Assembly (NCBI RefSeq): GCF_026210795.1
Contig: NC_089431.1
Span: 4,030,001-4,094,000 of the forward strand
Reading direction: 5' to 3'
Source of the DNA: Rhizophagus irregularis
Lineage: Eukaryota
DNA: 64,000 bases
Positions 35,681 to 49,133 of this stretch are shown one piece after another. A program made the translations under genes and the position numbers. Position 1 is the first letter of the stretch. Each line of letters starts with the position of its first letter. The notes beneath the pieces are model-generated. The model did no database searches. It was given only the letters and a program-made list of their open reading frames with translations, and was not told where the DNA came from.

Positions 35681-37287
35681 TTAAAAAAAAGAAAATTTCT
35701 TAGTAATTTGAAATACTTCTAATTCTTCTACAGAAAATTTACTATTACTATTTCTGATCGGTCTATCATAGGAAGCTTTTGTACAAACACTATTATTAAA
35801 TAGTTTATTTCCGCGCAAAATAAGATCCCCTTCTCCAAATGATGGGCCGCGATTACTATTATGAGATATGGCAAAGTTTGTATTCCTTACACGACTCAAA
35901 ATATGATTCTCGACCCTTTTATTTTTATCAAAAGAGAATATAAAACTATCGTAAGCAGCGGCATGGGTACAACCAGATTTCCATTCAATTGGATTGTATC
36001 CTCCAAGAATTTCGTTACTGTCCTTCACTTTTATAATAGTTACAGTGCAAGGTATTCTATCACAGAATTCATGAAATTTCTTGCATTTGAATCCATTAAG
36101 AGAACTACGAAAAATTAATTTAAATTCATATGAAGCATTAAGATCTAATCCATTAATCCATCTCAAGATTAATCCAGCATGTTCTAATGTAATAATGTTT
36201 GAAACAATATTTGTAATATTGGCTGAATTAAATATCTGCTGTGGTTCAATATTCGGAATATTATTTGCACTTGTCGACTGAGTTTCAATCCTTTCAAACG
36301 TCTGAGCTTCGGGTTCAATCTCTTTAATCTCCTCCGGTTCTGGTTGATCAGTTGGTTTATGGTCGTGATCCAAAAAAAGTTTTATTAAATCAATAAATAA
36401 TGCCTCGGGTAGAATTTCTCTATAAGGAAATACATTTTCTAAAAATTCTTTTGAACTAAAATTATCGAACTTAATTAAAGGAATACATTGTTGTAAAGTA
36501 TTTTTTAATGTATTAAAATCATCCTCAGAAAAGCTTTCAGGATCAGAAGGAAGTCCTGGATTTTGATCGAGTCCCCATTTAAGAACATGATTCCAAATTT
36601 GAACTTCATTCGTTTTAAGATTATTATTTTGAATAAGAGAAATCAAAATATTTTCCGGAATCGAAGAAAAATTATTTGAATTGAATATCTTATCTGGTTT
36701 ATTTGTTATAAGATCGTTACAATAATTTTGAAGTTCTAATAAGGAATTATTTTCTAAACTTGTTTGAAATATCAAGCTAAAATTTTTTACTATCCAAGAT
36801 GTATGTTTTCGAATTAAAAAGGATTGTAAATGATTTACTAATTCTTGAAGGTCAAATTCGCTGGCAGCAACCAAGGTTTTAAAGAAAACTGAAAAATCAT
36901 ATTCTTCAGAAAAAAGTTTTCCACCATAAATATATCTAAAAGAAATTATTTTTTTAAAAAAAAAAATTTTTTAGTAATTGTTATAATTTAAAAAATTTAA
37001 AATACTTATTTCATTATTTTGAATTCTTATTACCTTAAAATTAATTGAAAAATTTCAGGTAAAACATCTGATAATTTAATATGTGTCAAGGATCCATCAC
37101 TTTTATTTTTATCAGATAAAATTTTACGAAAATAAGGAGAACGATAACTTAATATATTCATATGAGCACGAAATATTTTTACGTATGGGTCACCACCAAC
37201 TTCAATTGTTATATTATAAAATTCATCGTCATCTAAAAGTTCAAGCAAATTTTGTGATAATTTTGGTAAAAATTTATTATCATCCAT
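35681..37287 (-). CDS. BTB/POZ-BACK-TLDc protein (exons 37034-37287 and 35681-36935; ~502 aa)
   Basis: BTB start (ITIEVG..KIFRAHMNILSYRSPYF); phase-2 GT-AG intron joining ILR|YIYGG; BACK EVQIW..VLKWG; TLDc ILGGYNP..W, GPSFG, EVFQ. Confidence 0.92.
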
Positions 37288-37363
37288 TATTATCTTTTTT
37301 TTTTTTAAAGGAAAAAAAAAAATTTATTGTTGGTAATTTATATTTTGTCTTGTGTGACGTGAA

Positions 37364-37557
37364 ACGGATCATCTTACCGCACCGCCCTCGGCTATATGTT
37401 TATGGTAACGCAGGTGACATATTATGCAGGTGACAAATAGAGATCAGACACTCAGTCGCTGAGATAAATATCATAAACAGCGCGAACGGGCAGTCACGTG
37501 AACGGTGACGGTTAGACATCAAACCTTTCCGAGGGTGGTGTGGTAAGATGATTCCGT
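37364..37557. repeat. GC-richer element bounded by ~28-bp inverted repeats just upstream of a BTB gene
   Basis: ACGGATCATCTTACCGCACCGCCCTCGG vs CCGAGGGTGGTGTGGTAAGATGATTCCGT. Confidence 0.7.
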
Positions 37558-38296
37558 GAAACGTAATAGCACATGTAACTACGGATCACGGATATTCAGA
37601 TTGTACTAAATACGGTTAATCAATTTTTACAATTTGAATCATCTAACCATTTTTAAGAAAAGTTATACTTTTATGGTTGTAAATATTTTTTTTCAAATGA
37701 TGATGCACATTATTTTATATTGTAGTAAAGTGGGTTGCAATAAAAGGTTGATTAAATACAAATTGAGATTAAAGCATTAATATAAATAATATAAATTATG
37801 TTAACTTGTCCATAGCATTTAATATTTTTTGGAAAAAAAAAAAAAAAATATTTCGAAATTAAAAATTTTTCGTCTGGTTTTCGTTATTTAAATCAAAGAT
37901 TGTGAAAAGTTAAATCTATTTACAGTAAATAAATTTTACAGTACCTAAAAAAAATACTAATTATTATGTATTATCTAAAATAATATTGTAAAATATTGGA
38001 TAATTTAATATATACTCAAGTTTCATCGAAAGTGAGAAGAATAATAATATAACCTTACGGACACGGAAAGCTTTCGCATAATACAAAAAAAAATAGTTTT
38101 AATAATAATAAATTTATAATTTCCTAAATTATATTTGTTAATTTTACACTGAAGTTATATAAGTGATTTGATTATAATTTTACAAACTCCAATTACATAT
38201 TTTATATGTGCGTATATTATTGAAACCGAGGCAAAAACCTAAATATCCACGTGACTGCCATTATTTTTTTTTTAATATAATAATGACCTATTTGAA

Positions 38297-38455
38297 TTAT
38301 TGAACTTTATCAAAGTGTATAAAAATATGATTTTTATTTTTTTAGTAAGACTCTTTTTATTATAATCTAATTGTGATTTATTTATTTAAATAGAATGTTG
38401 TAGACATGAACCCCGAGATTAATCGAATAATTTCAGAACTTAATGATGTTAATAT
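38297..38455 (+). pseudogene. Fragment of a kinase gene (last intron plus start of last exon)
   Basis: Inverted match to ~47975-48148, including the intron and GAGATTAATC.A.TAATTTCAGAACTTAATGATGT. Confidence 0.7.
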
Positions 38456-39596
38456 AACTATTTTTAAATCAATTTTTTTTTTAACAAATTTTGTTTTTTT
38501 AACGAATTTTATTTTTTTTAATAAATTTTGTTTTTTCTAAAAAAAAATTTTTTATTTGTAAGTGCCATGTTCCGAACTATATAATATGTTCCAAACTATA
38601 AAAATAAAACTGAAACTGAAGGAACGAGGGGTATGCAACTTCTCCAGACAGAACTTTTTATGATGGGATGTGCCGATGTGCATACTAACTTATTATAAAA
38701 TATATACAAGTTTCGGACTTCCAGCTTCTCTGGTATAGAATTCTGAATGGTAAGCTAGTTTTCTTTGGATAGGTTAGAATAAACTTTAAGAGACGTACTA
38801 ACATTTCTTTTTATTGTTTCGTAGTTTTCTGGTATAACATTTAGAGGATAGGGTTTTTGGAAGAGAGCTCGCCATTAGCTTTAGGAAACAAACTTTTGTT
38901 TCCTTTTTTTTAATTTTTTATGATTCTGCTTTTGACACATTTATAATGTGGTATATCAATTTTTTAGGGGAAGCTTTCGCTTTGAACAACGTATTATTTT
39001 TTTATTCGAGAAAACATTTTACTAATATTTACTTTTTACTTTTTGTAGGTTCTGGTTTGGATTTCTGGTAGTAAGTTATGATACTTCTATCCTTCTTTTT
39101 AGAAAATGTTCATTAACGTTAATATTTGAGAATCAGTCTTCCGGGCTTTGATCTACCCAGCGTACTTAGCCTAAAAAACGCATTGTTATTAAGTTCCTTA
39201 GGATACTTATGAAAATTGAAACGGAGGGGTTTGATACCAGTGAGGGAAAAAAGTCACTCATGTAATTTTTAGTGACATTCTAACTACCCAAAATATTGTA
39301 CTCACGTGATCTATTTGCTGGCATTATGCCGTTAAATGTGGAGTTTTTGCATTAAGAGTGACAAAGTATTTGACGAATAATATGTGACAAATTATATTAT
39401 AATAATTTTATTTATATTAATGAAAGACCAATCTTATACTAATTAAATTTCATAGTAAAGTTATTATAAAAAAAATATAGTATTTGTACCAATTGCACTT
39501 TTTAGAACTCAGTTGTTGATCTAAATATTATAAGATATATATTAATTTAATAAATAGAAATTTATGTTTTCAAAAATTTGAAAAATTTAACATATT

Positions 39597-40004
39597 TTAC
39601 CTAATTTGGTCAAGTTCATCTGTTTCAGTAAACTTCGCAAGCCCTGGGTCCATTTTAAGAATTAATTCATCCTTCCAAAGCAGTCTATAACTATTAAACC
39701 AAAATAGGAGAAAAGAATCAACACCTTCATAAATTTCAGATTTAATGAGTTCTGGTTCTTCACTGTTAATGAGTTGTTTAAGAATTATGTGTTTTGGAAT
39801 CTCAAGATATTCATGATTCTCATTTATAAAGGATAATAATGTAAAGGAACTACAATGTTTTCTGAGCTCTATGTTAATATTTTTATTGAATTTAATATGA
39901 AATTTCTTATCATCTAAGAAATCGTGGTAATAAGAACTTTGAAATCGGTATTGATGGAACTGATGCTTTTTAATAATGCTATTACGAATTTTTGCAAAAA
40001 ACAT
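39597..40004 (-). CDS. Family A small protein (135 aa)
   Basis: Paralogue of 16366-16770 with an in-frame 3-bp insertion. Confidence 0.78.
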   Translation of the reverse strand: MFFAKIRNSIIKKHQFHQYRFQSSYYHDFLDDKKFHIKFNKNINIELRKHCSSFTLLSFINENHEYLEIPKHIILKQLINSEEPELIKSEIYEGVDSFLLFWFNSYRLLWKDELILKMDPGLAKFTETDELDQIR

Positions 40005-40953
40005 TTTGATTCTGATCAGTTATGAAAAAGTAAGATTTGGAATGCAAAAAAGTAACAATATAGTTTTTTTAAATAAATGGGCTAATAATAATGACTCGAA
40101 AATGACTTAAAAAAAATGATAATTTTAGAAAAATCCAATAAATTATGTAATTAATTGTGGCTTTAAATTAGATAAAGAAAAAATTTTTTTAACCAAATCA
40201 ATTAATCCTAAAATTTTCTTACATAATTAGAATATTTTATTATTTCCTAAAACCAAGAAATAAACAAACCATAAAATTTTTTATTTATTATAGATGTTTA
40301 TGTGCTGTATTTATATTGGTTAACTAAATACCGTACAATATCATATTATCGTACAGCTAATGCAGGGCATGCGTCGCTGTATTTATTACATTTTCTTTTA
40401 TATTCTTATTACCAGAAATTAATTCCACTTGGTAATTATTATATATAGTAGTATTAGTGTATTACATATTAAAAACTATTAAACTTTATCATATACAAAT
40501 CTATAAGTATACATTATATCAGCAATAATCCTTTAAATATATTTGAATTTTTTTTCTTTTTTACGTAACAGGTAACAATATACAAATTTTAATGTCCAAA
40601 AATGGGTATAGTATGTTCATTAAATGTCATTATGATACTTATGATACTCATTTTCAACATCCCGTCGATGATTACAAATTATGTTAGCTTGTTACTGTAT
40701 ACAATTAAAAGCAAAAGTTCTTTATATTAATCGATTTGTATAAATAAATGAATCAATATAGATGTGTATGACGGTTTGCTTATGAGATATCAAGTGCATT
40801 CTTCACACAAATATTAATAACAATTTAGACATTATTCAATAATCTAAGAGAATTTAAAATGTTAATATTAAATTCTTAATTTAAATCAACATAAAGAATA
40901 ACTATATGTTTATTGAAAGAACCCGTTTACATAAATAATAATGATTAAAATGA

Positions 40954-42543
40954 TCAAACAAAGGAAAATTTCTTAGTAATTTGAAATACTTCAAATTCTT
41001 CTACAGAAAATTTATCATCACTATTTCTGATCGGTTTATCATATGAAGCTTTTTTGCAAATACTATTTTTAAAACCATCTTTTCCACGCAAAATAAGATC
41101 ACTCTCTCCAAATGATGGACCGCGACTAGCGTGGTTAGATATGGCAAAATTTGTATCCCTTACACGACTCAAAACATTATGATTCTCGACACTTTTATTT
41201 TTATCAAAAGAGAATATAAAACTATCGTAAGCAGCTGTATATTTACCACCAGTTTTCCATTCAATTGGATTATATCCTCCAAGAATTTCGTTACTGCCCC
41301 TCACTTTAATAATAGTTACAGTGCGAGCTTGATTTTCGCAGGCTTTACGAAATTTATTGCTATTGTATGCGTTATGAGATCCATGAAAAATTAATTTAAA
41401 TTCATATGAAGCATTAAGATCTAATCCATTAATCCATCTCAAGATTAATCTAGCATGTTCTAATGTAATAATGTTTGAAACAATATTTGTAATATTGGCT
41501 GACCCAAATATCCGTGGTTTAATATTCGGAATATTACTTGTACTTGTCGACTGAGTTTCAATCTTTTCAAATGTCTGAACTTCGGGTTCAATCTCTTTAG
41601 TCTCCTCCGGTTCTGGTTGATCAGTTGGTTTATGATCGTGATCCAAAAAAAGTTTTATTAAATCAATAAATAATGCCTCGGGTAGAATTTCTCTATAAGG
41701 AAATACATTATCTAAAAATTCTTTTGAACTAAAATTATCGAACTTAATTAAAGGAATACATTGTTGTAAAGTATTTTTTAATGTATTAAAATCATCCTCA
41801 GAAAAGCTTTCAGGATCAGAAGGAAGTCCTGGATTTTGATCGAGTCCCCATTTAAGAACATGATTCCAAATTTGAACTTCATTCGTTTTAAGATTATTAT
41901 TTTGAATAAGAGAAATCAAAATATTTTCCGGAATCGAAGAAAAATTATTTGAATTGAATATCTTATCTGGTTTATTTGTTATAAGATCGTTACAATAATT
42001 TTGAAGTTCTAATAAGGAATTATTTTCTAAACTTGTTTGAAATAACAAGCTAAAATTTTTTACTATCCAAGATGTATGTTTTCGAATTAAAAAGGATTGT
42101 AAATGATTTACCAATTCTTGAAGGTCAAATTCGCTAGCAGCAACCAAGGTTTTAAAGAAAACTGAAAAATTAGTATATTCATCAGAAAAAAGTTTTCCAC
42201 CATAAATATACCTAAAAAAAAATTATTTTTTTCAGTAATTGTTATAATTTAAAATACTATTTATTTCATTATTTTGAATTCTTTATTACCTTAAAATTAT
42301 TTGAAAAATTTCAGGTAAAACATCTGATAATTTAATATGTGTCAAAGTTCCATGACTTTTATTTTTATCAGATAAAATTTTACGAAAATAAGGAGAACGA
42401 TAATTTAATATATTCATATGAGCACGAAATATTTTTACGTATGGGTCACTACCAACTTCAATTGTTACATCATAAAATTCATCGTCATCTAAAAGTTCAA
42501 GCAAATTTTGTGATAATTTTGGTAAAAATTTATTATCATCCAT
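40954..42543 (-). CDS. BTB/POZ-BACK-TLDc protein (exons 42290-42543 and 40954-42211; ~503 aa)
   Basis: Same motifs and intron position as 35681-37287. Confidence 0.92.
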
Positions 42544-42905
42544 TATACCGTATAAACGGATGATACTTTTTGTTTTTCTTTTTAAAAAAAAAAGAACGAA
42601 TGCTTTGAATTAAACTTAATTTGTTATTATTTATATTCACATGCCAGTCACATGCGCAGATATGTTATTTATTGGCGTCATGCCGATCGATTATTCGATT
42701 ACACAATTGCGGCCATTAAGAAATCAGCTTACTTTTTAAATAACGCTTATAATTTTATTTATTTATTATAAATAATAAAATATTGACATAATATATTATA
42801 ATATATAGTATACAGTAAATGTTTAAAAATATAAAAATATATGAATTATTCAAATATCAAAAAATAATATTTTTTGTTTAAAATGATATTATAAAATTAT
42901 TAAAT

Positions 42906-44701
42906 TTAAGTTAATTTTATAATTTCAAATACTTCATATTCTTCTATAGAAAATTCTTTTTCAGTTTCTCTGATTGGTTTTTCATAAGAAGTTTGTTTAC
43001 AATAACTTTGATCATAAAAATCTTTTCCCCACATAACGAGGTCCTCACAAAAGTATGCGGCGGTAGAAGGAGTATTAAGTGTAGGGCATTTTTTATCTAT
43101 TACCCGACTTAAAATGTAATTAATATTATTTTTATCACATTTAAAAGAGAATATAAAATTATTTTTGATATCCTCATCATCATCATCATCGTCGTCATAA
43201 TAATAATAATCATCATCATCCTCGTCAGGGTCCCATTTAATCGGATTATATCCTCCAAGGATTTCATTTGTATCCTTTACTTTCATAATTGTTACGGTAC
43301 GGGGCTGGTCGTCACAGATTTCATGAAATTTATTAGTCGAAAATCCATCGCGAGTTCCACGAAGAATTAATTTGAATTCATATGTAGAATTTTGGTTATT
43401 GGAAATATCTTTTCTATCAATCCATTTTGAAATTAAATCAGCTTGCTGGGGTGTAATAATGTTTGAGTCAACCTCTATACAAGTTTTTGATGTACTTTTA
43501 CGGGTTACCGATTTATAATCACTTGACTCAATATCATTACAAGTTACTGATTTATCATCTGATCCAATACTTTTACAAGTTTCTGGGTCATTACTTAACT
43601 CAATTTGGTTACAATTTTCTGAATTTCCATTTGATCCACTTGATTCAATATTTTTGTAGGTTTCTGACTCACTGTTTGACTCAATTTGATTACAAGTTTT
43701 TGTCGACTCTATATTTTTGTAGTTTTCTGATTTACTACCACTCGATTCAATATTTTTACATGGTTCCGATTTACCATATGGCTCATTATTATAACAAGTT
43801 TCTGATTTAACATAGGTATTTAACAAATTCGTTAATAAATCTTCGGGAAGAATATTTCTATAAGGAAAAACATTATCCATAAACTCTTTAGAAGATAAGC
43901 TACAGAACCCAATAAAAGGAATAAATTGTTGTAACGTGTCTTTTAAAGTAACAAAATGGTCCTTTGAAAAGTCTGCAGGATTACAAGGTAGTCCAGGATT
44001 TCGAGAAAATCCCCATTTAAGCACATAATTCCATATTTGCATTTGACTCATTTTAAGATTACTATTTTGTATCATTGAAATCAATATTTTTTCTGGAATT
44101 GAAGAAAGATCTAACATGTTAAATATCTTATCTGAATCGAATAAACTGGCGCATAACCTTTGTAGTTCTAGGAACGAATCACTTTCAAAACTCGTTCGGC
44201 ATATTAAATCAAAATTATTTTTTATCCAACTCTCAGTATTTTCAATCAGAAAGAATTGTATATGGGAGATTAATTCCTGTAGATCTAATTTATCGGCAGT
44301 AATCAAAATATCAACAATACTTGAAATATCAAATTCCTTTAAAGAAAGAGTTCCTCCATAAATATATCTAAGATAAAAAAAATAAATATTTATAAACATA
44401 TAAATCTCAATAATAATAATTTATATAATATTTCTTACCTTAAAATTATTTGAAACGTATCAGCTTGAATAGTTGGAATTGAAATGCGTGCAAAATTCTC
44501 GTCGTCTTTCTTTTTATTTTTTGATAACAATCTTCTCAAATAGGGAGAACGATAATTTAATATAACCATATGAGCACGGAATGTTTTTGGTTCCCCTAAA
44601 TTACTTCCAGCTTCAACGTTAACATCACAATATTCATTGTCATTCAAAATTTCAAGTAAACTTTGGGATAATTTTGTTAATAAATTATTATTATCCATCA
44701 T
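42906..44701 (-). CDS. BTB/POZ-BACK-TLDc protein with repeat linker and acidic insert (exons 44439-44701 and 42906-44367; ~574 aa)
   Basis: Same architecture and intron; SE.C..IES repeats; DEDDDDYYYYDDDDDDDED tract. Confidence 0.9.
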
Positions 44702-46422
44702 TATTAAAATTCGGATTTTAGTAAAATTGTAATATTTTTTTTTTTTGGTTTGGAATGCTTGTTGTTCTAACGATGACCTTATGTGTATATATATAAGAAA
44801 CTAGGTTATTGCGAATAATTGTAGTAATATTTAGTTGATATGAATGTTAATCATTTTTAATTGTTGAATGATTTTAGGCGTTAAAGAAAATTGTTATTGT
44901 TAACATTAAATCTTTGTAATTGTTGTTGATCATAATAAAAAAAATATATTTTTTGACTGCGGAACATGAAAGATAGTTGCTAAAAATAGTTTAAATAAAA
45001 TCAAATGACCTTCTCTTAATATCTCATAATAACACAAATACGTAAGTTCAATTAATATTGGTTGACAAAAGATTTAATCTTAACCATACATGGTTAACGA
45101 GATTTATCAACATTCTAAGAATTTCTATACAAGTTGATAGTATAATTAAAAGTTTATAAAAGGTTCTATTACCAAAATCTGCGGACAAAGAGATTTTGAA
45201 ATTCATTAAATAAATTTATCATGTGGTAATACATGTTCCATGTCATTTCTACTTTATAATTTTTTCTATTTTACTTTATTTTATTATTTTATATTAAAAA
45301 GTAATTATTGGTACTAAATCCTTTTATTAGTTTTATCATCACCAAATCACAATAATGTAATCCGTTGCATAAAAGTAAAATAATGAATTCTTTTTTTAAT
45401 TTGAGATATTTTGTACTCTTTACAAAATATAATTGATAACCTGATTTTATTAACAGTGCTATAAATAAAAAAATCGGATACTCTCCAATAATTTCGTTAC
45501 TTTCTTATACATTAATAAATAGTTATTGTTCAGTCGATTAGGAATATGCGGGATTTTACTTCCTAATGATCTCAGTTATTGATTGGATGGGGATTGGGGG
45601 ATACCGGTCTTCGATTTTTCCCCATCCAATAACTATTTATTATGATGCGAATTCCCATATACAGTAAGCAAAATGCTTTATTCAAAAAGATACTTAGTAG
45701 CCATAAAAGAATACGTTTTGTGAAGTATAAGTCTGGAAAAAAAATATAAAACCAAAATTTACGATTTTATTAGTTGACGACCACGTGAGTGGACGGAGAA
45801 ACACTCGTGACCACAAATTATTCAGAAATATATTTTCCTTCGCTTCTCTTCAGACAATTATTTTACACCCATTTGCTAATTATTAGTGCACGTGTTTACA
45901 TTACATGTTCGATTGCGTATCATCTGAAAAAATTTTTTTGTCATTTTTTCATTACAATTTTTTTTAACAATAGAATTGGAATTTGTTCCATAAATTAAAG
46001 TACCTTTTTAATTAATTCATCAAATATCAATGACGAAGTTCCAAAATTTCTGAATATAAATCAATATTTGATTTAATTCTATTTGTAAATTGTATTAAAA
46101 AATTCTACTCGTATATTAGAATTTCCGTACAACTTTTCCACCATTCAAAATACTCTGGCACATGACTTTATAATATGATATCATTTAGTACATACGATAT
46201 ACTATAAATATATTTACAGCAAATAACTTCAGTTTATTTTTATTAATTTTGTTAAAAGTACATTATAGGTAAAATTATAGATATTTGTATATACTCGCTA
46301 TACGCAACTTAGCCCATGATTACTAAAGAAAATAAGCTTTTACCAGTACAATTAAAAAGAAAATAAATATTAAATAAATAAATAATGAAATCTGCCATTA
46401 CTTCAAATTCATAATAAATTAT

Positions 46423-46926
46423 TTAATAATACAAATTCTGATCTGCGACAGGATACGAATCTTCTACAGCGCTAATAATAGAATTCATTTCAGTCATTTG
46501 ACCATAAGTTGCATATGCACATCCGTAGGCATCAAATGATTGATCTGGTGAATTGTTCGGATTTCCGACAACAACTGCAATACAGTAATCTGTAGGGAAA
46601 TTTACTGGCGTCGGAACTTGTACATTTACATTAATCTGTTGTCCACTCGTATCTTGAAAATTTTGAATATAAAGGGGAACTAGGGGAGCTTGGTTAGTAT
46701 CAGAAAACATAATTACAAGTTGAGTATTTGAGGTAATATCATTATTTAGTGTTCCGGAGATGCTAAAGCTACCAAAGCTTCCAGCAGCGAGAGGGTCAGG
46801 TGCAATTGTTACATTAAGTGGAAGTAGTGTTGACGTTTCCGGACATTGATTAAATATAGTAGCTCTTGTATTCACCGTAAAAAGCGTAGTCAATAAAATA
46901 ATTACAAAAATAAAACTTTGGTTCAT
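46423..46926 (-). CDS. Secreted MD-2-related lipid-recognition (ML/NPC2-like) protein
   Basis: Hydrophobic signal peptide; F..CP, LNVTIAPDPL..G...F.ISGTL, P..Y.I.V.V and terminal GCA pattern of the fungal ML family. Confidence 0.8.
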   Translation of the reverse strand: MNQSFIFVIILLTTLFTVNTRATIFNQCPETSTLLPLNVTIAPDPLAAGSFGSFSISGTLNNDITSNTQLVIMFSDTNQAPLVPLYIQNFQDTSGQQINVNVQVPTPVNFPTDYCIAVVVGNPNNSPDQSFDAYGCAYATYGQMTEMNSIISAVEDSYPVADQNLYY

Positions 46927-47880
46927 GATTCTTTGTGAAGATGACTTAATAAATATTTAAAAGTTTTTTTTTTTAATTGTTGGATAGAATATACTTAATT
47001 ATCGGATAACAGTTATTTGCCTTTTTATAAGAAAAAAAAAATCCCCCAAAATTCATATTTCTTTTTTAATAAAAAATCGGGATGACCAATTCCTAATTCA
47101 ATCAGTAAAAGAAAATTTGCGTAAATTTTAAATTAATTAAATTAGTTTGATCATCAACAAATGATCATGTTGTGTCATGATTTTCACGGCTTCCGATAAA
47201 TGATTATCCTTTAAAATAGCACAAAATTATAACATTAATTCTTACAACATGCGACTTTATAATTCTGTCTAGTTCTTGCTTTTCAATTTCAAAAATGGAA
47301 AGTTGTATATTTGAATGTATAATATCCAGTTTTATATTAATTCTAATATGGGTACCATACATCCATGCATCGAAAAAAAATCTAATAAAAGTAAATTCTA
47401 TATTCATATTCTGAGTCTAATAAAATAATTACCAATTAATATTAAAGCTTAAGATTATTTTAATAACGATATTTATTACATTATTCGAATTTATGAATTT
47501 TTTTAACGGGAAAATGAAGAAATACTGTAAATGATAAAACAGATCACGTGTACTACGGGAGTAGTATCAGTAGTACCGCTGTGAAATAATGAAATTTCTA
47601 GGAACAATCCAATTTAACGGAATTTGACAAGTTACTAACATTAAATATTCAAATTTCTAGGAAAACACGGGGAAAAATAATTAGCAATACATGTGACTTT
47701 TGGACTTCTGACGATCGTTATACCTAAGAGTAATCACGTGAGTGTAATATGTATTTTAAACAGAATTAATTCTGTATTTATAGTATTTTTAATTAAATTT
47801 GTCCAATATTTATTTAATATCAAAATTCAAAAGAGGAAAAAAAAAAGAAAAAATGAAATAGAAATAAATATAAAATAAAT

Positions 47881-49133
47881 TTAATAATTTGACAAATCAC
47901 AATCCGAAAATCCGTCTTCATTTTTTAATTCTTCAGTTAATTCATTTACTTGAAAATTAAAATTGATTTCAGGATTTACATCATTAAGTTCTGAAATTAC
48001 TTGATTAATCTCAGGTCTTTCATCCGGTTCATTTTTCCAACATTCTATTTAAATAAATAAATCAAAATTAGATTACAATAAAAAAGAGTCTTAAAAAAAA
48101 TAAAAAATTATAGCCATATTTTTGTACTTACTTTGATAAAGTTCAATAAATTTAACATTTGTGTTTGGAATAGATTTTTCTCGTACACCGTTAAGAATGG
48201 CTAAAGTGATAGCAATATAATCTTTTCTCGTTTCAAAATTGAAAGGTGACGAACAACTCGTTAATTGCCAGAATAATACTCCTAGACTATATATGTCTGA
48301 TTTTTTAGTTAAATTATACGGAATTTCTGGATCAAGTATTTGTGGATCCATATAAGGAATTACGCCGTATGCTTTAGTATCGCAAGCTGATCCTTGTAAA
48401 CATGAGCGTCCAAAATCAGTTATTTTTATTGTGTGCTGATGTACTAAGATATTATTGGGATGCTAAATAAAGAAATATTTAATATTTATATAAAAATAAT
48501 TATAAAATAAGTGTCCGCTCGAAAAGTGGTTGATAAATAACTATAAGACTTACAAGATCTCGATGTATAATTTCATTATCATGTAAACATAAGACTCCAC
48601 TCGCAATTTCTTTAGCAAATTTCAATTGACTTTCCCATTTAATAGTTGTAGCATTTTCCATTAAATATTTTCCTAATGTTCCACTATCCGCATATTCAAG
48701 AACAAGCGAATAATTCGTTTCATCTAAAAGAATAAGAAGGTACGTAAGCGCAAATAGCATTATGATATATTTATACATTTTTTTGCATAATTATTTACCT
48801 TTTATAATTCCACAGAATTTAATTATATTTGGATGAAAATCAACCATTTTCATTAAATTAATCTAGAAAATGAATAAAGAATTTTGAGTTTGCAAATTTT
48901 ATAAAATAATAAAAAAATTTGTAATTTGTGCAAACCTCATTTATAATTTCTTTTTCCGTAGAAATCTTGTCAAATTTCTTAATCGCAAATTTTGATTGAG
49001 TGTTTTTCCAATACGCAGCATGAACCGAAGCAAACTCTCCAGAACAAATCACAGGAAGAACCTTAAAGTCATGTGATTCATAATTACGACATTCTTCGAG
49101 ACGCAGCTGTAACAAGGAAGTTTTAATTGTCAA
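47881..49133 (-). CDS. Tyrosine-kinase-like protein kinase (exons ~48936-49133, 48799-48862, 48554-48723, 48132-48462, 47881-48044; 5' end uncertain)
   Basis: Spliced frame gives FAIKK, HPNIIKFCG, LVLEYADSGTL, HRDLHPNN, DFG, GVIPYMDP, KSDIYSLG, CW..EPDERP; all four introns are GT-AG and phase-compatible. Confidence 0.88.

Noticed and set aside
35861..36118. Recurrent plus-strand ORFs opposite TLDc exons (also 26384, 41131, 51622, 55093, 57386, 60002)
   Set aside because: Antisense shadows of conserved coding sequence, with inconsistent starts and lengths
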